From positions 17,434 to 81,433 of the forward strand of contig MHRF01000004.1 in assembly GCA_001820875.1 (NCBI GenBank): 64,000 nt of DNA, written 5' to 3'. Under the pieces are notes generated by a model, which saw only the letters and a program-made list of their open reading frames with translations, had not been told where the DNA came from and did not search any database. A program made the translations under genes and the position numbers. This document shows, piece after piece, positions 10,321-19,785 of the stretch. Positions within the stretch are counted from its first letter, which is position 1, and the number at the start of each line of letters is the position of its first letter. This DNA is from Candidatus Taylorbacteria bacterium RIFCSPHIGHO2_01_FULL_46_22b (GTDB taxonomy: Bacteria; Patescibacteriota; Minisyncoccia; Phycocordibacterales; DSPV01).

Positions 10321-11097
10321 ATGGAACCACAGATAAAAAAGAGCCGAAGAACATTATTCATCATCATACTCTGCATCTTCGTGCTTGGTATCGGAGGCAG
10401 TATTAACTTCATGACGGGAAGCCAAAAAGTCGGCACCGTATTAGTCCATTATATGGACGACCAAGCAAAAGTGTTTATAGACAACGATCGCCAAAAACTT
10501 CCTGTGATAAACGGAACTCAAACGATTCGTGTTCGCGCGGGAGTGCGAGATGTCCTTGTGTCAAAAGAAAATCACTGGCCGTGGCTCAAACAAATCACTG
10601 TAGAAAGTGCCAAAACGAGCGAACTTTCCCCCTTTCTATTCCCCAAAAATCCTTCTCTTGCGGAAATTACCGGAGATGATCCCGAGTATGATCTGCTTAT
10701 GCGTATGGCAAAACAAAACACATTTCCCTCATCTCCACAGATGCTTATATCGGCGGACGGGACCATGACTGTTTGGAATACGGGACAAACCCTATACGCC
10801 CGTTTTCTTTCTTCCAAAACTCCACCTGCATTTTTCTGTATAAAAGAATGCCAGACTGAAATCAGTTTTCTTCAGGCCAAAGCTCCGATCAGTGATATCG
10901 AATTCTTAGGCGCACGAAATGATGTTGTTCTTGCAGTAATTGGAAGTGACTTGTATGCGCTTGAAATTGATCCTCGTCCCGTCCAAAATTTCCAACCTAT
11001 TTATAGGGGAAGTGCACCGCTCTTTACCCAAACAGCTGAAGGAATCATTTATCTCTTAGACGGAAATCGTCTCTATCAGCTTACTAATAGCAACTAA
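10321..11097 (+). CDS. Hypothetical membrane-anchored protein
   Basis: N-terminal signal-anchor helix. No recognisable domain. Confidence 0.5.
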   Translation: MEPQIKKSRRTLFIIILCIFVLGIGGSINFMTGSQKVGTVLVHYMDDQAKVFIDNDRQKLPVINGTQTIRVRAGVRDVLVSKENHWPWLKQITVESAKTSELSPFLFPKNPSLAEITGDDPEYDLLMRMAKQNTFPSSPQMLISADGTMTVWNTGQTLYARFLSSKTPPAFFCIKECQTEISFLQAKAPISDIEFLGARNDVVLAVIGSDLYALEIDPRPVQNFQPIYRGSAPLFTQTAEGIIYLLDGNRLYQLTNSN

Positions 11098-12959
11098 TGA
11101 AGCTTGTCAGCGTCCTTCCGCTCGATAAAACAGTCCGCGCGGAAACACTCACTTATTTTAGTGCACTCGAGGTTGCCGAGGGAGATCTCGTTGCAATACC
11201 ATTTCGGAAAAAAATTCTGCACGCGCTAGTTACTTCGGTTCAAGACGCGCGTGCAGAAAAAGCATCGATAAAATCATCAAAGATCGGACTGCGAAAAATA
11301 TCTCGTATCATCCGCCACCACCCTTTTCCTGATGCGCTAATTGTCGCAGCAAGACGCACCGCTGAATTTTATGCTACCGATACGGGAAGCGTGCTTTCTG
11401 CGGTAATACCCACTGGAATATACAAATCCGGAATGACCCAAGACCCAATTCGCCCTCGCGCAAACAATGAAACACTCGTGATCCAGACTGATGACGAAGA
11501 TCGGTATACACAATACCGCACACTCGTGCGTGAAGCATTCCATCGTAATGAGTCAATTCTCATTCTAGTACCTACGATTCAGGACGCCCAGACAACTCAT
11601 GCGGCGATTTCCAAAGGAATTGAAACCTACGCACTTGTACTGCACAGCGACATATCATCACGAGAACTCTCAAAAGAGCTTAAAAAAATTCAGGAAGAAA
11701 ACCATCCTCTGTTAGTAATAAGCACTCCGGGATTTTTTGCCGGCATGCCGCCTCGTACCAGCATTCTTATTATTGAACAAGAGCACGCGACTGCATACAA
11801 GCAGATGATGCGCCCGTTTATTGATTTTCGTTTTTTTGCGGAACAATTTGCGCGTGAAGCTAAAATCACTCTTGTGCGCGCTGACGCGCTTCTGTCGGTC
11901 GAGACCATACAACAACTTGAAGCAGAAACGTATCATGAACTTATCCCGCTTAAATGGCGTAGCGCAAGTAAAGCGTCCTCTAAACTTGTTGATATGGCAG
12001 CATACAAACCAAACCTGCGGGGACATATCCGATCAATCAGCGCCGAGCTTGAAGCTCTCGTAGCGCACACCCGAAGCACATCGGATCATCTGTTTATATT
12101 TGCGGGACGCAAAGGGCTGGCTCCTCTAACTATTTGCGGTGACTGTGGCACCTTGTTGACCTGCGATCGCTGTAAATCTCCCCTCATACTTCACAAAGCT
12201 GGCACGAATCGAAAATACATTTGCCGGCGCTGTGGAAAGGAAAAAGACGCACATGTTCGCTGTACACATTGCACCAGCTGGAAATTGGTGCCTCTGGGCA
12301 TTGGGACGGAATTGATTGAAGAAGAATTGCAAAAATTGTTTCCTAAACTTTCGCTTTTTCGTGTTGATCACCAAACGGTAACTCGACGAAAACAAGTGCG
12401 CGAATTGGTGCACTCTTTCTACGAAACCCCAGGGAGCGTACTCGTGGGAACAGAATTTGCTATCCCCTATCTTGATAAACCAATCGGCAATGTTGCAGTC
12501 GCATCCATAGATGAACTCTTTTCCATACCTGATTTCAGAATACATGAACGTATCATCTATCGCTTGCTTGCACTTCGTTCGCTTGCTGAACGAATATTCT
12601 TAATCCAAACTCGGCACAAAGAGCATCCCTTGATCAGTGCAGTGCTCGGAGGAAATATCAGCTCTTTTTATCAGGAAGAACTCTCTATGCGAAAAGCTCT
12701 TTCATATCCCCCATTTTCTGTCCTCATAAAACTGACTGTCTTGAAACAAAAACGTGCCGACTTGGACGCCCTCATCCAAGCAATCGCGCCCTATGAATGC
12801 GAGCTATTCCCTATGTCAATTGTCAGAAAAGGAAAAATATTCACTTCCGGTATCGTAAAAATACCTCGCAAAAATTGGCCTGATCAGCGAATGCAACAAA
12901 TCTTGCGCGCCGCTCCTCTTTCTATTGAAATAGCAATCGATCCTGACACACTTTTATAA
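11097..12959 (+). CDS. priA: Primosomal protein N' (PriA) homolog with degenerate helicase motifs
   Basis: N-terminal 3'-DNA-binding domain and the characteristic Cys4-Cys4 zinc-binding cluster (CGDCG...CDRC...CRRCG...CTHC). The Walker A position reads TDDEDRYT instead of GxGKT, and DEEH is EQEH. Confidence 0.75.
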   Translation: MKLVSVLPLDKTVRAETLTYFSALEVAEGDLVAIPFRKKILHALVTSVQDARAEKASIKSSKIGLRKISRIIRHHPFPDALIVAARRTAEFYATDTGSVLSAVIPTGIYKSGMTQDPIRPRANNETLVIQTDDEDRYTQYRTLVREAFHRNESILILVPTIQDAQTTHAAISKGIETYALVLHSDISSRELSKELKKIQEENHPLLVISTPGFFAGMPPRTSILIIEQEHATAYKQMMRPFIDFRFFAEQFAREAKITLVRADALLSVETIQQLEAETYHELIPLKWRSASKASSKLVDMAAYKPNLRGHIRSISAELEALVAHTRSTSDHLFIFAGRKGLAPLTICGDCGTLLTCDRCKSPLILHKAGTNRKYICRRCGKEKDAHVRCTHCTSWKLVPLGIGTELIEEELQKLFPKLSLFRVDHQTVTRRKQVRELVHSFYETPGSVLVGTEFAIPYLDKPIGNVAVASIDELFSIPDFRIHERIIYRLLALRSLAERIFLIQTRHKEHPLISAVLGGNISSFYQEELSMRKALSYPPFSVLIKLTVLKQKRADLDALIQAIAPYECELFPMSIVRKGKIFTSGIVKIPRKNWPDQRMQQILRAAPLSIEIAIDPDTLL

Positions 12960-13136
12960 AGGGTATTCACCGGCAGGGCTTGCCCCGCGTGTGGTGCGCG
13001 CACATCACCCGCCCCAAGGGGCGTGGTATTATACCCTGTGTTACCGTCCTAGCTCGGGAGATAAAAAGAGGATACTCTTTCTCTCCGCTCGTTCGCTAGG
13101 TAATAAAGACCTGCAACTCCGTGTATAATTAACACC

Positions 13137-13676
13137 ATGGCCGAAATCGTTCAAAGAGAGAATATCGTTCTGCGGCAAAAAGCTTCACCTGTGCCGCAAA
13201 AAAATATCAATTCGCCAAGAATAAAGCGGATTATATCTGCGATGAAGACTGCGCTTGATTCGCAACAAGACGGCATTGCCATTGCGGCTCCACAAATCGG
13301 AGAGAGCGTACGGATTTTTATTGTTTCCGAAAAAGTGTTTGATTTATCAGAGAGCGTTGAAGCTCGACAAGAGCAACAAGAGTCTCTTAATCCGGAGAAA
13401 TACCAAAAACTTGTTTTTATCAATCCCACTATCACGCGCCTGTCACGAACCAAGGAATTTATGGAGGAAGGATGTCTTTCTGTACGGTGGTTATATGGGA
13501 AAGTGAAACGATCGACCAAAGCAACCGTGCGCGCGTATGATGAGAAAGGAGAACTGTTTGAACGTGGCGCAAGCGGCATTCTTGCACAAGTATTCCAGCA
13601 TGAAATTGACCATTTAGACGGGGTTCTGTTTATTGATAAAGCAATCGATGTAACCGAAATGAATCCGACCGAATAA
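13137..13676 (+). CDS. def: Peptide deformylase
   Basis: GIAIAAPQIG, EGCLS and HEIDHLDG motifs. Confidence 0.9.
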   Translation: MAEIVQRENIVLRQKASPVPQKNINSPRIKRIISAMKTALDSQQDGIAIAAPQIGESVRIFIVSEKVFDLSESVEARQEQQESLNPEKYQKLVFINPTITRLSRTKEFMEEGCLSVRWLYGKVKRSTKATVRAYDEKGELFERGASGILAQVFQHEIDHLDGVLFIDKAIDVTEMNPTE

Positions 13677-13681
13677 TCTCC

Positions 13682-14539
13682 ATGAATCCACGCATTGTTT
13701 TTTTTGGAAACTCAAAATACTCGGTCATTGACGCAGAGGCCTTACATGCGCGTTTTACACTTACCGCCGCGGTTACCCTCCCCGATTATATTGATAAGAA
13801 AAACACGAAAGTCGTGCAAAGCCCTGTTAAATTGTTTGCAAACACCCACACCATTCCCGTACTTGAAGTTCAAAAAATTACCGCCGAAATAATCGAAAAA
13901 ATAAAAGCTTACCAGCCTGACTTCCTAATAGTAGCCGACTACGGACTCATCCTTCCCGCTACTCTACTCTCAAGTCCGGTATACGCCTCGCTCAATGTGC
14001 ACCATTCCCTTCTGCCCAAATATCGAGGCCCAGCGCCCGCACCAGCAGCAATCTTAAATGGCGATGAAGTGGCGGGAGTGAGTATTATCGTCATGTCGAA
14101 ACAAGTCGATGCGGGCGACGTTCTTAAACAAGTGACCTATCGCTTAAAACAGGACGAAACAACTGACTCTCTTTTAACCAAACTGAATACATTAGGCGCG
14201 CAAGCAGTCATTGACGTTATCCAACAGTACCTATCGGGAACCGCTTCTCCTGAAAAACAAGACGAATCTCAAGCAAGCCACACCACATACATGAAGCGCT
14301 CTGATGGGTTAATCTCGCTTACTGACTCTCCCATACTTAATTGGAGGAAAATCAGAGCGTATGGAGAATGGCCCGGAACTTATTTTATTGCAAAACGAAA
14401 CGGATCCGAGATACGAGTAAAAATACGAGAAGCCAATTTTGCGGATGGAATTCTCTCTATTTTGCGTGTCATCCCAGAAAATAAAAAAGAAATGTCGTAC
14501 GAGGATTTCATGCGTGGCATGTCTTCCCAAAAAAAGTAA
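13682..14539 (+). CDS. fmt: Methionyl-tRNA formyltransferase
   Basis: N-terminal formyltransferase fold (HHSLLPKYRGPAP) and a C-terminal domain. Classic def-fmt pair. Confidence 0.9.
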   Translation: MNPRIVFFGNSKYSVIDAEALHARFTLTAAVTLPDYIDKKNTKVVQSPVKLFANTHTIPVLEVQKITAEIIEKIKAYQPDFLIVADYGLILPATLLSSPVYASLNVHHSLLPKYRGPAPAPAAILNGDEVAGVSIIVMSKQVDAGDVLKQVTYRLKQDETTDSLLTKLNTLGAQAVIDVIQQYLSGTASPEKQDESQASHTTYMKRSDGLISLTDSPILNWRKIRAYGEWPGTYFIAKRNGSEIRVKIREANFADGILSILRVIPENKKEMSYEDFMRGMSSQKK

Positions 14540-14751
14540 AACTCTTAACGCCGATTGCGATACGGATATTGCAGTTCAGCGGTTTCAGCCGTAAGTGATG
14601 CCGACTCGTACCACCCTTCAGCTACCGCATTAATTCTGGTGGCAAAATTGAATATCCACGCAGTGCCAATAGCCAAAATAAGCAAACAGAGCAACGAGGT
14701 AACATTTGAAAGACGGCGTGTTAAATGTCCCATAGCAAGATTATTATTCCA

Positions 14752-15126
14752 TTAATTTCTCCACCACGGAAAACCCTTCAAAATTGCCTTCACTCGCTGT
14801 CCTCCACGGCGCACCAATGAAAGCCGTTTTTCTTTTTCAGAGCGTAATTCCTCCATCATCCGATCTTTGGCAGCGTCAATCGATGTGTACAAATCGCCAG
14901 TTTCTTCAACAGCGCGAAAATCACGATGGCCAGCATGCACGTTAATTTCTGCGCGATACACGTCCCCTGTCTGATGATGGGCACTTGTACGTCCGATTTC
15001 AACATCAACAATCGCCGATTCAAACTCATGCGAAGTTAATTTCTCAAACGCGGACAACCGCTTCTCCAGATAAGCTGAAATATCAGGGGTCAGGGTGAGA
15101 TTAGTTGTTTTAATATTAATTTTCAT
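14752..15126 (-). CDS. hpf: Ribosome hibernation promoting factor / RaiA family
   Basis: MKINIKTTNLTLTPDISAYLEKRL..., the typical S30AE/HPF fold. The upstream in-frame extension to 15300 is probably not translated. Confidence 0.75.
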   Translation of the reverse strand: MKINIKTTNLTLTPDISAYLEKRLSAFEKLTSHEFESAIVDVEIGRTSAHHQTGDVYRAEINVHAGHRDFRAVEETGDLYTSIDAAKDRMMEELRSEKEKRLSLVRRGGQRVKAILKGFPWWRN

Positions 15127-15148
15127 GCCATTAGTATATACCAGAATA

Positions 15149-15379
15149 TCATTTGATGGGAGTGATGGTAAATAGTTTCGATGGACGATCCTTTCCTCGC
15201 ACAAAACGAACATTGAACTTTGCTCCAAAATAATCCTGTAGTAAAACAAGTATTTGCCTGTTTGCTTTCCCACCACGGGCTGGCTCTCGGACAGAGACAT
15301 GGAGGGTATCAGCAGATACTTGTTTCAGTACCTCCCGCTTTGCCGAAGCCGTGACTTTTACTTTGATATGCACGGACAA
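15149..15379 (-). CDS. DUF167 (YggU/UPF0235) family protein
   Basis: 76 aa carrying the ARGGKAN motif characteristic of YggU. Confidence 0.6.
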   Translation of the reverse strand: MSVHIKVKVTASAKREVLKQVSADTLHVSVREPARGGKANRQILVLLQDYFGAKFNVRFVRGKDRPSKLFTITPIK

Positions 15380-15386
15380 GCGAAAA

Positions 15387-16043
15387 TTAAGACAACTGCT
15401 TAGGCGATTTTTCTAAAAACCAAGCTCGTTCTTTTTTAAATATCCATTCCGCTAAATGGAAGATGCTGTACGTAATGAAAAATGCTGAAAAAACGTCAAT
15501 GGAGTAATGCAAGTGCGTCATCAGGACAACCGCCCCAAACACAATCGACGAAGCAAGGAAGATGATGCGCAACTTAACTTGTCGCCAGAAGATAAGTGCC
15601 ATTAAAAAAGGCAGACCGGTATGTCCCGAGAAAAATAAATCTCCACCAAAAGTAAATTTTTGTATCAGATCGCTTTCAATTTCAACTCTTGTAGGAAATT
15701 GGCCGATATGAGTCAAATTGATAAATCCTGCGCGGATAATAATAAAAAGAGAGATGCTATGCAGTGTAAAAGGAATTTTCTTTATATCCCACACACACAC
15801 GAAACAAACAAATATCCAGAGTGCAATTGCTCCGTATACAAAAATACCATCGAGATCAAAAACAGGTATATTACTTAAAATAAGATCCGTCACCGGACTG
15901 CTCTCCCGACGAGTCGCATATGTTCCCGCGTAATAATTAATGACAAAACTGACAAGTAAAAGTGCGATAGACAATATAGTTGTCCACACGAATTTCTTAT
16001 CTTTTACATAAAGACTATTCTCTCGAATCCATTTCTGTAACAT
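15387..16043 (-). CDS. PAP2-superfamily-like integral membrane protein
   Basis: Six TM helices with SGH and HYSID (HxxxD) motifs that resemble the PAP2 acid-phosphatase motifs 2 and 3. Confidence 0.45.
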   Translation of the reverse strand: MLQKWIRENSLYVKDKKFVWTTILSIALLLVSFVINYYAGTYATRRESSPVTDLILSNIPVFDLDGIFVYGAIALWIFVCFVCVWDIKKIPFTLHSISLFIIIRAGFINLTHIGQFPTRVEIESDLIQKFTFGGDLFFSGHTGLPFLMALIFWRQVKLRIIFLASSIVFGAVVLMTHLHYSIDVFSAFFITYSIFHLAEWIFKKERAWFLEKSPKQLS

Positions 16044-16113
16044 GGCTAGCCATATGCCTATAATCGCAAAGTTAAGCCACTTCAGTGTATCACATCCATA
16101 ACAACAACCAACT

Positions 16114-16839
16114 CTACCTTATATCAGAATACCGCTTGGTAATTGGACGATGAAAAATAAGTTCCGCAGCAGCATTAATAGCGTATAAAAATGCGCTGCG
16201 CCACAACCCCTGTCCAATAAGTCGCCGGCCGGAAGTGTGCATAATAAACCCCAGATCAAAACGCATCTTTCCAAATTGGTGTGCTCTTCGCGCCAAATTG
16301 GTATCATCGCCGAAAAAAGCAATCGACGTATCAATACCTCCCATTTGGAGAAGCGTGTCTCTTCGAATAACTACATTACCAAACACGGCCACTGAATGAC
16401 TGACCAGATACACGGGAAACGCAAGTATCCGCCAATAGATCCACACCAATACTTTTTGAAAACTTGATATATCGTAATATCGATAGGGACCACTCAAACA
16501 TACGAGTTTGGTGTCATGGGTAAATTTCTGTAATGCATAATCTCCCCACTTTTCAGGCATCAAAGTATCAGCGTCGATAAATGCGACTAGATCCCCTTTT
16601 GATTCCTGTACACCCCGGGCGCGGGCAAACATGGGGCCCTTGCGCTCTTCCGTTACCACTCGAACTCCGAGAACACTTGTGGCAATTTCGCGGGTGCGAT
16701 CAGTGCTTGCATTGTCAACAACAATAATTTCAAGAAAAGGGCTGCGGGATCTCACCGCGTGCGCCAAACATGCACCAATGTATTTCTCCTCATTGAATGC
16801 TGGAATAATGAGGCTTATGGTCGGTATCTTTTGATTCAT
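16114..16839 (-). CDS. Glycosyltransferase family 2
   Basis: ISLIIPAFNEE, VVDNASTDRT and DAD motifs. Confidence 0.8.
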   Translation of the reverse strand: MNQKIPTISLIIPAFNEEKYIGACLAHAVRSRSPFLEIIVVDNASTDRTREIATSVLGVRVVTEERKGPMFARARGVQESKGDLVAFIDADTLMPEKWGDYALQKFTHDTKLVCLSGPYRYYDISSFQKVLVWIYWRILAFPVYLVSHSVAVFGNVVIRRDTLLQMGGIDTSIAFFGDDTNLARRAHQFGKMRFDLGFIMHTSGRRLIGQGLWRSAFLYAINAAAELIFHRPITKRYSDIR

Positions 16840-16912
16840 ACGCGGGTTGTAAGAAGTATATCATGCGGTATGCACGCTTTCTTATTAGACTGATTCGTCC
16901 TACAATTGAGAC

Positions 16913-17512
16913 ATGCCTCCTCCAGAATTAATGGATCATATTGCTGCATTCAGCGATCAGTATAAATATCTTTTGATTTTTCTTGCGACAATTTTCCAAG
17001 GACCCGTAGTCATGATGGTCAGCGGTTTTATGCTACACCTCGGATTAGTAGACTTTTTTACTGTCTGTATAGTTTTAATACTCGGAGATCTCACTGCAGA
17101 CGTTGTGTGGTATATTGTCGGCCGATCTTTTGCCGCCCCGCTTATACGCAATTATGGATATTTGTTTAGCATTACTCCGGAACTGTTTGAGCGAACTGAA
17201 GGACTCTTCCAGAAATATCATGCCAAAATCTTAATTATTTCCAAACTCACTATGGGGCTCGGCGCCGCCATTGTCGTGCTTCTCGCGGCAGGGGCGACTC
17301 GAGTCCCCTTCAGAATCTACATACTCATCAATAGTATCTGCGAAATTCCGTTCATGCTACTTCTCTTTGGAATCGGCTACTTCTTTGGGTATCTCTATAA
17401 CTATGTCGCAGGAGGATTGAAAATTGCGTTTCTGCTTCTTATCGCAATAGCAATCTTTATGCTCTTGCGCGGTCTCGCCAAATTTATATGGCAGAAAGCT
17501 CTCAAAACATGA
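16913..17512 (+). CDS. DedA/VTT-domain family membrane protein
   Basis: Polytopic protein with a DedA-like GD...D...GR pattern (ILGDLTADVVWYIVGRSF). Confidence 0.6.
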   Translation: MPPPELMDHIAAFSDQYKYLLIFLATIFQGPVVMMVSGFMLHLGLVDFFTVCIVLILGDLTADVVWYIVGRSFAAPLIRNYGYLFSITPELFERTEGLFQKYHAKILIISKLTMGLGAAIVVLLAAGATRVPFRIYILINSICEIPFMLLLFGIGYFFGYLYNYVAGGLKIAFLLLIAIAIFMLLRGLAKFIWQKALKT

Positions 17513-18231
17513 TTTCATTCATCATACCAACACGCAATGAAGAGAAGGTGCTCAAACAGCTGTGCGAAAATCTTCGGCAATATTCGGGATCGTGCGAAAT
17601 AATCGTTTCTGATGGTAACAGTACCGATCAGACACTTTCCATCGCGCGGCAACATGCAGACATAGTGATTACACACGAACAAGCGATCCGTCAAAACATT
17701 TCCGGTGGACGCAACGCTGGCGCAAAAGCCGCAAAGGGAGAATATCTCATTTTTATTGACGCGGATGTCACTATTCCTAACATTGATCACACAATCCAAA
17801 CCATCATTGACCGGTTCCAAAAAAACAGTACCATCGTTGGAATTACCGTTAAGCTTGCCGTGCTTCCGGAATGCGCCACATGGGCAGACAAACTCGTATA
17901 CCTCTACATAAACGCATCGGTAGTATTCTTTAACGACTGGCTCCATATCGGACACGCCCCCGGAGGTGAATTTCAAGCAATACGCTCGTCAGCATTCAAA
18001 ACGTTAGGAGGCTTCGACGAGCGTTTAGTTGCCGCCGAAGACATTGATATGTTCCGCCGACTGTCAAAAATCGGAAAAACGTATTTCGACCGCAGTGTCT
18101 TTGTATACCATACCGCGCGCCGCGCGCATGCAATCGGTTGGCCAAAACTTTTAATACAGTGGAGTGCAAATGCAATATCAGGGTGGCTGTTTAAACGATC
18201 TGTCAGCAAAGAATGGAAGGTAATTCGCTAA
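17488..18231 (+). CDS. Glycosyltransferase family 2
   Basis: ISFIIPTRNEE, VSDGNSTDQT and FIDADV motifs. Confidence 0.8.
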   Translation: MAESSQNMISFIIPTRNEEKVLKQLCENLRQYSGSCEIIVSDGNSTDQTLSIARQHADIVITHEQAIRQNISGGRNAGAKAAKGEYLIFIDADVTIPNIDHTIQTIIDRFQKNSTIVGITVKLAVLPECATWADKLVYLYINASVVFFNDWLHIGHAPGGEFQAIRSSAFKTLGGFDERLVAAEDIDMFRRLSKIGKTYFDRSVFVYHTARRAHAIGWPKLLIQWSANAISGWLFKRSVSKEWKVIR

Positions 18232-18246
18232 GAAAACTTTCAAATA

Positions 18247-19161
18247 CTAAAATAGCGAGACGAGATACTGATCAATTTCCCGCTGATCTAAATCATAGAA
18301 ATTCTTGTGTGCAGAATACAGTGTCGTTGCTAAACTTACTCCAACATACCGCCAGTGCCACGGTTCAAACTCATAGTAAGCATTTCCTTCTGGGTATGAA
18401 AGTACAAATCCGTACAAATGGGCATGATCGCGAAGCCACGGGTACGCGAGTGTGCCAGCAAACTTCTCAAATCCTGCACCGAGCTCTGTAGTGGTGAAAT
18501 CAACCGTAGTGCCAAGCTGATGCTCGGAATACCCCTGATCTGCAGAAAATTGGTTTGCCGTCCCCGATCCATAGACAAATTTGTATGTTGATTTAAGACT
18601 CGACTGTTCAGTAAACGAACGAAAAGCGGAAATCACTTGCAGGTGCATTCCATCTTGCGTAGCAGCTTGCAATAAACGCTGAAGGTGTGGCCAAACGTCT
18701 GCATGTATCTGAATGACTTTATTTTGTTGATGCACAAATGTGGATGTACTGATGTCGGTCAAAGATGCCGGTGCATAATTTTCATTCAAAAAGTAAACCT
18801 TTGAATATTTCGCGAGCAATTCTTTGTCAGTCTTGCTCAACTTATCCAGCACCCCCACGGTTCCCGTGATATTCTTCAGTTGAAAATCGAAGTAATCATT
18901 CTTTCCTTTTTCTGTGCTTAAATTCTGGGCAAGTTGAGCATTAGTCTGTCGTTCAGCTAAAAGCTGTCCCTCAAGACCAGCGACTCGTATCAAAAATTCA
19001 TTCGTTGAGGAAGCAAAATCTGCCTGCACAAATGCAAGTTTTTGCGAAAGACGGTAATAGCAGTATCCTCCCGCAGCAAGTGCCAAACCAAGCACTATAG
19101 CCGCGCCCGAAAGCACTTTCATAGGGGTCAACGCATGTCTTCCGATCTTCATAAATATCAT
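18247..19161 (-). CDS. M15-family D-alanyl-D-alanine carboxypeptidase (VanY-like), membrane-anchored
   Basis: N-terminal TM helix and coiled coil. C-terminal SAFRS, SEHQLGTTVD and EPWHWRY motifs of zinc D-Ala-D-Ala carboxypeptidases. Confidence 0.7.
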   Translation of the reverse strand: MIFMKIGRHALTPMKVLSGAAIVLGLALAAGGYCYYRLSQKLAFVQADFASSTNEFLIRVAGLEGQLLAERQTNAQLAQNLSTEKGKNDYFDFQLKNITGTVGVLDKLSKTDKELLAKYSKVYFLNENYAPASLTDISTSTFVHQQNKVIQIHADVWPHLQRLLQAATQDGMHLQVISAFRSFTEQSSLKSTYKFVYGSGTANQFSADQGYSEHQLGTTVDFTTTELGAGFEKFAGTLAYPWLRDHAHLYGFVLSYPEGNAYYEFEPWHWRYVGVSLATTLYSAHKNFYDLDQREIDQYLVSLF

Positions 19162-19191
19162 AGTAGCACATATCCCGTTGCGTCTGAACTT

Positions 19192-19228
19192 GCAACAAAA
19201 AACGCCCCGAGTGGGGCGTTTTTTGTTG
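19192..19228 (-). terminator. Rho-independent terminator downstream of csp
   Basis: AACGCCCCGAGTGGGGCGTT hairpin flanked by A/T runs on both sides. Confidence 0.7.
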
Positions 19229-19229
19229 C

Positions 19230-19433
19230 TTAGGCCTTGTTGACTTTGACCGCGTTCGGTCCTTTCGGACTGTCCGCGACTTCAAAAGTCACTTTATCGC
19301 CTTCACGAAGTTCTTCGATTTTAACATTCTGGAGCTCGTTCGAGTGAAAAAAGAGATCTTTTCCCCCGCTCGTTCTCTTGATGAAACCGAAACCCTTGTC
19401 AGCAATAATGCGAGCAATTGTTCCTTCCTCCAT
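19230..19433 (-). CDS. cspA: Cold-shock protein (CspA family)
   Basis: GFGFI and the RNP motifs of the cold-shock domain. 67 aa. Confidence 0.9.
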   Translation of the reverse strand: MEEGTIARIIADKGFGFIKRTSGGKDLFFHSNELQNVKIEELREGDKVTFEVADSPKGPNAVKVNKA

Positions 19434-19785
19434 AAGAATAGATTTTAGTTGGAATCACGCTAGTAATACATCAAGCAGTGGGCTTAAAACGAGACTCGAT
19501 CCTGCTTCTCGAACTTAGCGCTGTATTGATAATAGAAGAATAGCATATACCGAATATATTGTCAAGGATTCTGTACTAAGTTATCAACATCCCCTATTCC
19601 CCTAAGAATAAAGGCTTAAAAATGAGCTTAGACTTTAGAGAGGCAGACAACGCAAGAAGTCTGGTTCTCACGCGTTTTGAGATATTTTGCCCCGCACAGA
19701 CAGGTCAAAATCTTGGATATTGTTTTCTGATATACCCATTTGCCATACCCATACGATCGTTTTTGTCTGGGTTTCTGATCCATAA

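Noticed and set aside
14752-15300. 182-aa ORF spanning hpf and DUF167
   Set aside because: It is a read-through of two separate genes: HPF starting at MKINIKT (15126) and a DUF167 gene (15149-15379) in another frame.
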